From assembly GCA_038087875.1 (NCBI GenBank), contig JAXLNO010001541.1, positions 1-64,000 of the forward strand: a stretch of 64,000 bases of DNA, in the 5' to 3' direction. Position numbers and translations under genes: made by a program. This stretch comes from Malacoraja senta (taxonomy: Eukaryota). This document shows, piece after piece, positions 50,746 to 61,112 of this stretch (the first letter of the stretch is position 1; each line of letters starts with the position of its first letter). The notes below the pieces were generated by a model that ran no database searches, was not told where the DNA came from, and saw nothing but the letters and a program-made list of their open reading frames with translations.

Positions 50746-51989
50746 GTTTAACCAAAAAGTTATGTTTGATATGGATTTGGTCTGGAATCCATTTTCATTC
50801 TCAGTTGACGTTCTCTCCCTGGCTGAGTAATGTGCACCGATGTGAACCCTGGAACACCAGTCTGTACGAGACACTGAATAGCAGTGACTTTCTGGAGAGA
50901 CATTCCCTTTCCTCAAGAGTAGCAACTGCTCAACTAACCACAACATGGTCTTGTTACTATCGGCACAATATCACAAGAGGAGATAACCACATTTGACAGA
51001 GTGCAGGAGATGGTTAGACACACAGATGTACAACCAGGCTCCTTTACCCAGAGTAGGGCAATCAAGAACCAGAGGACATGGGTTTAAGGTTAGGGGGGAC
51101 AGATTTAATGGGAATCTGAGGGGCAACTTTTTCACACAGAGGGCACTGGGTACATGGAATGTGCTGCGGGAAGAGGTAGTTGACGCAGAGACTATAACAA
51201 TGTTTAAAAGTTATTTGGACAGGTACATGGACAGGACGAATAGTGAAAGGCCTGGATAGAGCTGATGTAAAGAGGATGATTCCACTGGTGGGAGAGTCGA
51301 GGACCATAGCCTCAGAATCAAAGGAGGTTCCTCTAGGAAGATGAGGAGGAATTTGTTTAGTCACAGGGTAGTGAATCTGAGGAATTCATTGCCACAGAAG
51401 GCTGTGGAGGCCCACTCAATGGGTATTTATAAAGCAGAGATAGATCGATTCTTGATTAGTATTGGTGTCAAGGAGAAAGGGCAGGAGAATGGGGTTAGGA
51501 AGGAGAGATAGATCAGCCATGATTGAATGGCAGAGTAGACTTGATGGGCTGAATGGCCTAATTCTGCTCCTATCACATGAACATGAGATGATCAGTGATT
51601 TGGGCCAAACACGGGGAGACGGGACTAGTGTAGATCTGGCACCTTGGTTGGCAAAGGCAAGCTGAACCGAAGGGCCTGTTAACATCCTGTATAAATCTAT
51701 GACTCCATGATCACTCCAATGACAACACGCTTGTACCCAGCTCCATCCACACAATGGACTTTCTGATGGACCTCTTTTCCAGTGTCGACAAACAATTGTA
51801 CAAGTGCAAATACTCGACCCCACTCTTCAAATTAGCAGCAAGACAACTAGTCTGAGATGCCACACACAGAGGGCCGACAACAATAAGTGGACTGACCCTG
51901 TGACACTAATTTTGAAGAACAGCAGGTGTGGGCTTCTCAGTGTCCTGGCTACTGAGGAGTTTTGGAATAAACTGAAGTTGTGAAAGCAC

Positions 51990-52520
51990 AGAAATATTTA
52001 GCATTGTGCCCTAGTCCTGGTTGCATTGTGGCCTGGTTCAGCAACTTGAACGTCCAGGAGCGAAAAAGACTACAAAAAGTTGTGACAAATGCCCAGTTCA
52101 TCGCCGGCTTTGACCTCCCCACCGTCGAAAGGATCTATCATAGTCGCTGCCTCAAAAAGGCAGCCAAAATCATCAAGGACCCACACCATCCTGGCCACAC
52201 ACTCATCTCACCATTGCCATCAGGAAGAAGTTACAGGAGCCTGAAAACTGTAACGTCCAGGTACAGGAACAGCTTCTTCCCTACAGCCATCAGGCTATTA
52301 AACACAACGAATAAGCTCTGAGCTCTGAACCGCAAAAGGCTATATTACTATTTGTTATTTGCACTATTTGTTATTTATTGAACTTTTTCTTTTTTTCTCT
52401 TCCCCCGTTATGCACTATGTTTACATATTCACATATTCTGTTGTCCTGCAGCAAGTAAGAATTTCCTTGTCCCGTCTGGGAAATATGACAATAAAACACT
52501 CTTGACTCTTCTTGACTCTA
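51990..52520 (+). mobile_element. Rex1/Babar-like LINE 3' fragment
   Basis: CIVAWFSNLNVQERKRLQKVV...HPGHTLISPLPSGRSYRSLKT...AIRLLN; (cttgact)n tail. Confidence 0.8.
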
Positions 52521-52650
52521 GTCCAGGCCTCTTGGTTATCACTCCCTCAATCACACACTACAACACCTGTCCTTCAGTGCTAAACTTGCCTGGCCCTATT
52601 TTGTGACGGGGTAAAAGATGTGATGATTAGATTGAATCCCAGCACCGTAC

Positions 52651-52968
52651 CTTGAAAGCTTTTCACTTCCCGGCTGATACTGGTGTTCGAGGGGGGATGA
52701 GACACTGTACAGCCGAAGACTGAGCCTTTCTTCCAATCCTCTGAACTCACAGTCAGGAAGTGGCTGGCACTGAAAGTCCCTCCCTGCTCCAGAGCAGTCG
52801 GTGTAGCGCTGGTGGTGGAGGAGATCGGGGCTCCGCCTTTCTCCCAAGTGACGTTTATGAGGTCCGGGTAGAAACCAGAGAGCACACACTCGAGGGTGGC
52901 TGTGTGGCTACGCTTGGTCTCTTGGTGAGCTGGAGGCAGCAGTCTGACCTTTGGACTTTTTGTTTCAA
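52651..52968 (-). CDS. IgW: IgW CH4-like exon (pair 1), intact
   Basis: ttccAG|TT GAA ACA acceptor and CAA G|GTACGG donor; 318 nt. VETKSPKVRLLPPAHQ...LECVLSGFYPD...TWEK...WKKGSVFGCTVSHPPS. Confidence 0.9.
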
Positions 52969-53010
52969 CTGGAACAGAGGAGCAAAGTAGATGTGAGACC
53001 CTCTTCCTCA

Positions 53011-53348
53011 AGGGCCTGTCCCACTTACACGACTTTTTCGGCGACTGCCGGCACTCGTCATAGGTCATCACAGATTGGCGAAAAATTTCAACATGTTGAA
53101 AAATCAGCGGCGACCGGCACAAGGTACGACTCTTTGGGCGACTACTCACGATCATACAGGCTTCACCCCACGACATGTCGCCAAGGTGTCGCCTGTATGG
53201 TCGTGAGTCTCCTCAGTCGCACAAAGAATCGTAGTGTCTTTCTGGTCGTCGCTGGATTTTCAACATGTTGAACATTTTTGCCGACCTACAATGACCTATG
53301 ACGGGTGCCGGCAGTCACCAAAAAAGTCGCGTAAGTGGGACAGGCCCT
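53011..53348. mobile_element. PIF/Harbinger-like MITE in the CH3-CH4 intron; copy at 55067-55404
   Basis: TIR AGGGCCTGTCCCACTTAC / GTAAGTGGGACAGGCCCT, 3-bp TSD TCA, internal palindromic ttcaacatgttgaa motifs. Confidence 0.85.
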
Positions 53349-53394
53349 TCATGGTAACTAATGTTGGCCGTATCATTGCCGATCTCTAGCCCAC

Positions 53395-53697
53395 CTTTGG
53401 CACTTTCTGTCTGTGCTGACACTGGTGAGGATGATGGAGATCGTTGGGCAGAGCACACAACCTCCATCCCACTGGTCCATTCCTCCACACTGATCCGGAG
53501 TTTACTGCTCACTCTGTCTTGGGTCTTTTCTCCTCTCGGTTGGTGGGTCACAGCCCCTGTTGTTCTCTCCCTTCCGCTCATTTGCCAGTAGATTTGGATC
53601 TGGCTCAGATCAGCACCCATTACCACGCACTCCACTGTAGCGGTCTTGTTGATCCAAATCTCTTCAGTGGAGGGGTTTTGGATAAAGACAGACAATT
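53395..53697 (-). CDS. IgW: IgW CH3-like exon (pair 1), intact
   Basis: ctgcAG|AA TTG TCT acceptor and AAA G|GTGGGC donor; 303 nt. ELSVFIQNPSTEEIWINKTATVECVVM...IYWQ...EEWTSGMEVVCSAQ. Confidence 0.9.
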
Positions 53698-53817
53698 CTG
53701 CAGATGAGAAATAGGAAGCTTACAAACCAGACAAGGGCTGGTGTTGTCGTCACCGATCAACTGGACTCTGACAACTTGCATTCATTTTCTAGACTCACTT
53801 TATTGACGTGTGCACAA

Positions 53818-54575
53818 GGAACAACCTCTCTCTCAATGTCTGCAAAACTAAAGAGATGATCGTGGACTACAGGAGACAGCAGGGGAGTGGACACCTCCCC
53901 ATCCATATCGGTGATGCTGAGGTTGAAAGGGTCAGCAGCTTCAGGTTCCTCAGTGTGCACATCACTGAGGACCTCTCCTGGACACTGCACACGGACACAA
54001 TAACAAAGAAAGCCCGCCAGTGGCTCTTTTTCCTGAGAAGACTGAGGAAGATTGACATGAACGCCAGCATCCTCACAAACTTCTACAGATGCACCATCGA
54101 GAGCCTGCTGACGGGCTGCATCACAGTCTGGTACGGGAACTGTTCTGCCCACAGCCGCAAATCACTACAGAGTGGTGAAGGCGGCACAGACACATCACTG
54201 GCAACTGTCTCCTGGCCATTCAAGACATTTTCCACCGGCGTTGCCTGCGGAAGGCACACAGCATCATCATGGACCACAGCCACCCAGCACATAGACTGTT
54301 CTCCTTGTTACCGACAGGCAGACGATACAGGAGCATGGCTGCAAGTACCACCAGACTTAAGAACTGTTTTTATCATCAGGCCATCAGGCTAAATACTATA
54401 TTATTGTTTGTTATTTGCACTATTTGTTATTTATTGATCTTTTTCTTTTTTTCTCTTCCCCCGTTATGCACTATGTTTACATATTCACATATTCTGTTGT
54501 CCTGCAGCAAGTAAGAATTTCCTTGTCCCGTCCGGGACATATGACAATAAAACACTCTTGACTCTTCTTGACACT
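53818..54575 (+). mobile_element. Rex1/Babar-like RT fragment at the boundary of the 2056-bp exon-pair duplication
   Basis: CTRNNLSLNVCKTKEMIVDYRR...FRFLSVHITEDLSW...FYRCTIESLLTGCITVWYG. Its tail from ~54400 matches 52345-52520. Confidence 0.85.
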
Positions 54576-54706
54576 AGTCTAGGCCTCTTGGTTATCACTC
54601 CCTCACTCACACACTACAACACCTGTCCTTCAGTGCAAAACTTGCCTGGCCCTATTTTGTGACGGGGTAAAAGATGTGATGATTAGAGTGAATCCCAGCA
54701 CCGTAC

Positions 54707-55024
54707 CTTGAAAGCTTTTCACTTCCCGACTGATACTGGTGTTCGAGGGAGGATGAGACACTGTACAGCCGAAGACTGAGCCTTTCTTCCAATCCTCTGA
54801 ACTCACAGTCAGGAAGTGGCTGGCACTGAAAGTCCCCCCCTGCTCCAGAGCAGTTGGTGTAGCGCTGGTGGTGGAGGAGATCGGGGCTCCGTCTTTCTCC
54901 CAAGTGACGTTTATGAGGTCCGGGTAGAAACCAGAGAGCACACACTCAAGGGTAGCTGTGTGGCTACGCTTGGTCTCTTGGTGAGCTGGAGGCAGCAGTC
55001 TGATCTTGGGTCTTTTTGTTTCAA
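54707..55024 (-). CDS. IgW: IgW CH4-like exon (pair 2), intact
   Basis: 318 nt with AG/GT intact; 3 aa differences from 52651-52968. Confidence 0.9.
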
Positions 55025-55450
55025 CTGGAACAGAGGAGCAAAGTAGACGTGAGTCCCTCTTTCTCAAGGGCCTCTCCCACTTACACGACTTTTTCGTTGA
55101 CTGCAGGCACTCGTCATAGGTCGTTACAGGTTGGTGAAAAATTTCAACATGTTGAAAAATCAGCGGCGACCGGCACAAGGTACGACTCTTTGGGCGACTA
55201 CTCACGACCATGCAGGCTTCACCCTGCGACATGTCACCAAGGTGTCGCCTGTATGGTCGTGAGTTTCCTCAGTCGCATAAAGAGTCGTAGCGTATTTCTG
55301 GTCGCTGCTGTATTTTCAACATGTTGAAAATTTTTGCTAACCTACAATGACCTATGACGGGTGCCGGCAGTCACCAAAAAAGTCGCGTAAGTGGGACAGG
55401 CCCTTCATGGTAACTAATGTGTGCCATATCATTGCTGATCTCTCGCCTAC

Positions 55451-55753
55451 CTTTGGCACTTTCTGTCCGTGCTGACACTGGTGAGGATGATGGAGATCGT
55501 TGGGCAGAGCACACAACCTCCACCCCGCTGGTCCATTCCTCCACACTGCTCCGGAGTTTACTGCTCACTCTGTCTTGGATCCTTTCCCCTCTCGGTTGGT
55601 GGGTCACAGCCCCTGTTGTTCTCTCCCTTCCGCTCACTTGCCAGTAGATTTGGACCTGGCTCAGATCAGCACCCATTACCACGCACACCACAGTAGCGGT
55701 CTTGTTGATCCAAATCTCTTCAGTGGAGGGGTTTTGGATAAAGACAGACAATT
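55451..55753 (-). CDS. IgW: IgW CH3-like exon (pair 2), intact
   Basis: 303 nt with AG/GT intact. SSVEEWTSGVEVVCSAQRSPSSSPVSARTESAK resembles the IgNAR C2 C-terminus. Confidence 0.9.
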
Positions 55754-56025
55754 CTGCAGATGAGAAATAGGAAGCTTACAAACCGGACAAGGTCTGGTGT
55801 TGTCGTCACCGATCAACTGGACTCTGACGACTTGCATTCATTTTCCAGACTCACTTTATTGACGTGTGCACAAAGAGAGCAGCACAGTCCCAGTTACCTG
55901 CTGCTCTGAAATTCCACTCAGCATTTATACAGAGTTTGACCCTTGAAATTATCCGCACTCTCTAATTTCTAATAATCGAACACAATACATTCTCCACAAC
56001 ACTTATACAAATACAATAACACTAA

Positions 56026-58754
56026 TACCCTGTCTCACGGTGCGGGTCCACCCACGAGTGATCCCGAGTGAAAGAAAAAATCAAACTCGTGGTTGTCTAC
56101 GAGATTCCAAGTTTATGTTCACGAGTTTAAACGAGTTCCCACGTGTATGTCTAAGTTTGCCGTTTACTTCTCATTTCTGCGATGTACCAAGTTCCTCTCC
56201 CGAGTTACCAAGCTCCTCTCCCGAGTTACTCTTGAGCCAACGACGACTACCGACGTGTGGAAAAATCATCACATGGTAGAAATGATGTCATGCAGTTTTT
56301 TTCCCACTATAAATAGACACAGCCTGAAGAACGATCTCGACCGGAAACTTCACCTATTTCTTTTCTCCAGAGATGCTGCCTGACCAGCTGAGTTAGTCCA
56401 TCATTTTGTGTCTATTTTTGGTTTAAACTAGTATCTGCAATTCCTTCCTTCAAACTTTTAGAGCAGTTTGTTTCAAGAAACAATCCTTCCAAAATTGCAT
56501 TCAAAAGTCCATTTGAACAGCATTTGTTCAAGGTCTGGCATCAATCATTGAAAGGCATAGGCTGTTTTGTGTCGGGAGGAACTGCAAATGCTGGTTTACA
56601 CCGAAGATAGACACAAAATGCTGGAGTAACTCAGCGGGACATGCAGCATTTCTGGAGAGAAGGAATGGGTGACATTTCTGGTCGAGTCCCTTCTTCAGAC
56701 TGAAAAAACGTTTCGACCCTTCTCTCCAGAGATGCTGCCGGCTTGGCTGAGTTACTCCAGCTTTTTGTGTCTAATAAGATTGTTTTATTCCCTTAATTTA
56801 TCTCTCATCAAAACATTGGTAAACTTCTAACAAAAAGATTAGGTAAATTGAACATTAAGGTTATTTTTTCCCCCGACAGCAAGGTCCGTAGACCAGAGGG
56901 ATAGCAGTGTGTGTGTCCCCAGTATGTCCGTCAGAGCAGCCGTCCCACCGTCGCGACTTAAACTGTATAAAAAGCAGCGGCTCAAAACATTGCTAATTGG
57001 GCAAATCTGCCCAGAAACCACCCCTTTCACACTCACCCCAGCCCTGGGAAACAGTTTTCAGAGCCCAACAGTCAACCCAGCCCGCCCGCGAACCTTTGAA
57101 TGAAAGACAAAGCTCAGATGTTCTCTTCAGCAGTGGTGTCCCAGAGTTTCCCAGCGCCTGGCCCGTTTCAATTTAAACTCAGGTAAACAGAGTTTTTATT
57201 AAAAACCCGAATACAATTGGCCCTTAATTGTAAATATGAGAATGTTTTCCTATATTGTATGATAGACTATCTATCATCCGGTGTAGATACCATAATTTAT
57301 TGGAAAAATATGAATACACGAACACAGGAGTTAGTTAAGAATTGGAGTCATATCCCATCTACATCTCACACTCTCTCGCTGTGTTTCTAAGAAATGTCAT
57401 TAAGGACTTATGTTATGTGTTTTTGCTGGACTGAAACCAACCCATTTACAATGTAAAGTTGTGGGTAACTTTTTAGGAGAATACTTGTGATGTAAAGAAC
57501 CTGAAATTAATTTATTTTGCATAACACACAAAAATAACTCTGGTCTTAATTACCAATGCAGCTTGTGAACTTATTTGCGGGTGCGGCAGCATCCATGGAG
57601 CGAAGGAAATAGGCAACGTTTTGGCCCGAAACGTTGCCTATTTCCATCGCTCCATAGATGCTGCCGCACCCGCTGAGTTTCTCCAACACTTTTGTCTACC
57701 TTCGATTTTCCAGCATCTGCTGTTCCTTCTTGAACTTGTGAACTTATTTTGTGAACTTCCCCACTGAACGCCTCCTATCTTTGGCAAGCATGTTGCACGG
57801 GTTAGTACAAATACACTTAAAACTCTGAATAGCAACATGCCATGAAGGAGCTTCCAACGATTCATTTATCAAGAAGCTTGAGTAACTCAGCGGGACAGAC
57901 GCCATCTCTGGAGAGAAGGAATAGGTGACGTTTCGGGTCAAGACCCTTCTTCGGATTAAACCTGCATCTGCAGTTCCTTCCCATTTATAATTTATAACTT
58001 TTATAAAATTCCCATTTATAAAATTATAAAATAAAACGTCACATTTACAACATTGTTTTGACCAATTGCTCTCTAACGCAGACAGACTGGGTGGAAAGTG
58101 ATGCCTGAGAAAATCCCCTGTATAAACGCATCAGCCTTCAATAACTGATGTTAATTTGTCGGATATAAATCCTGAGATGGGACAACAGTCCCATATATCT
58201 GCTTCTCCATAAAAAGCGCATTAACCTAACAAGGATTCATGGCACCGTTTCAATGAGAAAAGTTAAAGTTCTGAAGGGAACTAATTAACTCTCGCAATGC
58301 GGCTTTCCCAACACTGCATGGTTCATTCTTTTTGCCACTGTGTCTCAGATCCCCGGTGAGTGCTTTTTGCTCCGTAACAGCGAATTGTTAGATCACTGTA
58401 AAATTTTCCATTAAGATCTGACTAATCTTCAACATTTCACTTCTGGCACTCAGGCCAAACCCACGAGTTACTCACGAGTCACTACGGTAAACTCACGGGT
58501 TACTACGGTATTACAACGAGTTTAAAAGTTTCACATTTTTCCTTCAAGAGTAAATTTGACTCGTGGAAATCTTTCAACATGTTGAAAATTTTTCACGAGT
58601 TAACAAGTTTCCCGAGGTTCTGCCGTTAGTGTTACGAGTCGCTAACTTACATCCACGAGTTCCCGCTACGTTAATTCTACGTGATTACCACAAGTTTGAT
58701 TTGTTTTTAACTCGGGATCACTCGTGGGTGAACTCGCACCGTGAGACAGGGGTT
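56026..58754. mobile_element. 2.7-kb non-autonomous Harbinger-like element with ~65-bp TIRs
   Basis: ccctgtctcacggtgcg...cacccacgagtgatcccgagt at 56028 is inverted at 58752. TAA is present on both flanks (56023-56025 and 58755-58757). Confidence 0.6.
57577..57734 (+). mobile_element. Short Penelope-end insertion with a 5' inversion and a 15-bp TSD
   Basis: CTTGTGAACTTATTT at 57562-57576 and 57735-57749; internal palindrome 57578-57672. Confidence 0.85.
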
Positions 58755-58819
58755 TAACACAAATAAAACTACATGCTGTTCAATTCTTTATTGGTATTTA
58801 ATTTTAGTGCACCATAGAA

Positions 58820-59290
58820 AGTATTTTATCAGGATGCATCACGGCATGGTTTGGGAACAGCTCCATCCAAGAAATGGCAGCAAATTGCGGTTGCAGCCCA
58901 GATCATCACACAAACTAACCTCCCTTCCACTGACTCCATTTACATCTCACGCTGCCTCAGCAAGGCCAGCAGCATTATCAAGGACAAGTTGCACCCTGGC
59001 CACTCTCTCTTCTCCCCTCTCCCATCAGGCAAAAGGTATACGTGTGAAAATGCACACCTCCAGATTCAGGGACAGTTTCTTCCCAGCTGTTATCAAGCAA
59101 CTGAACCATCCCCTCGCCAACTAGAGCGCAGTCCTGAGCTATCACCTACCTCACTGGAGACCCTCGCACTATGTATAATCGGACATTACCTTGCACAAAA
59201 CATTATTCCCTGGTGGAATGACAGGTTAGCATGCAACAATAAGCATTTTCACTGTACCTCGGTCTACGTGACAATAAACTAAACTAAACA
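58820..59290 (+). mobile_element. Rex1/Babar-like LINE 3' fragment
   Basis: ...SRCLSKASSIIKDKLHPGHSLFSPLPSGKRY...; (taaac)n tail. Confidence 0.75.
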
Positions 59291-60235
59291 ACCCTCGGCC
59301 CACACAATGGGCATTGCATTCCCCACCCTAGACCATTACTCCTTCCACCATCGACACTTCACGCTGCCTCAGGAAAGCAGCCAACATCATCGAGGAACCC
59401 TCACATCCCAGTCATTGTCTCTACTCCCCTCTCCAGAAGATACAAGAAGCTTGAAAGCACGTAGCAGCAGATTCAAAAACAGATTTACTTTAAGCACCGA
59501 CAGGCAGATGTTTAATTGTAACATTGGAATAGAAGAGTTACCAATGATGAGTTGTCTCTTTTATTCAACATCATCCGTGCACACCCACTGAGGACAGAGA
59601 CTCCTCAAACAACCATCCCCCTTGTTAGACACAGATGTCATGTGTGGCTCAGTGGTGAGCAATGTCACCTCATGAAAGCTGCTGTCTTTGGGATGAGGCT
59701 TTAAGGAGGTGCTTCTCAGGTAGGTATCAGCAATGCCACGACATGACCACGAGAGTTCTGCTCAGAGTCCTGAGCTAATATTTATCCTGAAACCAAACAG
59801 CTAAACACAGGTGGGCTGTGGGAGAGCTGGGAAGGGGAGGGGAAAGAGGGTGAAAGCAAGGACTACCTGACGCAGGCGATCTGGCCAGATTTGGTTTCCC
59901 ATGTGGGAGCTTGCATCAGGTACATTGTCACAGCTGGGCTAGGAAAGACCATGGTCCAATCAGATCACCTTGTGTCACCCTGATGGTCGCATGGCACAGT
60001 GATAATGGAGTTAACGACCAACGACCACAATCAACCTCTGTCTTCAACTGGTCCAGGCGTGGGTGTGAGAACACCCAATGGTGGAAGGTTTTGGACAGAT
60101 TGATCCAACAACACCTATTTCTCCCAGAATGTGCTTCTCCTAGAATGTGCACACCTCACATCCCAAGCTACCCATGTACTCCCACCCAAAACACACCAGT
60201 CAAGGACACGCACACAAAACCTTTTTCACATCACA

Positions 60236-60241
60236 TTTATT
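60236..60241 (-). terminator. PolyA signal of the long secretory form
   Basis: AATAAA ~290 nt after the stop, followed by a GT-rich tract (gtgtgcgtgtcc, gtgtgttttggg) on the minus strand. Confidence 0.7.
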
Positions 60242-60533
60242 GAACTTGTATTGGTACATTGACACATACATCGATTTAATACATCGTGTGATCCCATACA
60301 TGGTTGAAATCTGTTCAAGCATGGCAGAAAAAGTTCTGTAAATGTATCCAGAAGCTCAGACATTTGTGGTGAATCATGGCTGTGGCTTAATTTGTATCTC
60401 GTGTGGAATTTTGTTTTTAATGATTTACAAAGGTTCACATTTTGATGATGTATTAGGGAACTAACCCATCATCCTCTGGGTCAGTTAACAAATCCAGAAA
60501 TGAACAAAACAAATGTTTGAGAAATGAATCATG

Positions 60534-60919
60534 TTACACACAAGATTTAAAGCTGTCAGCCAGAACAAGTGAGACATTGACCAGGGTGGGTTTGTTGTGA
60601 GATTTATTGATGCTTCTAAATAGGCTGGTTGTGATGGACCCATGTCCCACAACACAGGAGAAGGTGGTGCCACGGTTCCACTCCTCTGGAGAAACCTTCA
60701 ACTGACTGGTCATGGTGTTCCACCCATTCCTTGTGTCCTTGGTCACGGGCTGGTTCACGATCCCTGTCTTCAGAAGGGTGTCGTTGGCCATCCAGGCCAC
60801 ATAGATGTCTGCAGGAGAGAATCTGGTGACCAGGCACGTCAAGGTGGCCGTCTCATCCGTCTCCACCTCATCCAATGAAGGGGGGAGGAGGTAGACTTGA
60901 GGACGACTCTCAACTCCAT
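60534..60919 (-). CDS. IgW: Terminal CH6-like (IgNAR C5-homologous) exon with secretory tailpiece
   Basis: ttcccAG|AT GGA GTT acceptor. PQVYLLPPSLDE...TLTCLVTRFSPADIYVAWMANDT...EWNRGTTFSCVVGH...KPTLVNVSLVLADSFKSCV* has a tail N-glycan site (NVS) and a penultimate Cys. Confidence 0.95.
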
Positions 60920-61112
60920 CTGGGAACAGAGAGAACCTGAGTTAGACTGAATCTGTCAGTAATTCTGTACTTACCCAATACATTCCAATCTTATACTGAC
61001 ATGGATACCGTTTACATCCTGAGGGATCTCAGTTCACCTGAAACTAAAGGCTGTTCCTTTCTGCTCATTGTAGGGATGTGTGGAAGAGAAATCATGCCTC
61101 TGGTGCATTTTA

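Noticed and set aside
59995-60035. CACAGTG followed by a 12-nt spacer as a possible RSS
   Set aside because: The nonamer position reads ACGACCAAC (5/9), and there is no adjacent V, D or J coding segment.
47701-60919. Assignment to IgM or IgNAR
   Set aside because: The C exons match the IgNAR C2-C5 / IgW CH3-CH6 family rather than IgM. From recall, the KPTLVNVSLVL...FKSC tail and the non-IgM-like TM fit IgW better than IgNAR. A BLAST search is needed to settle this.
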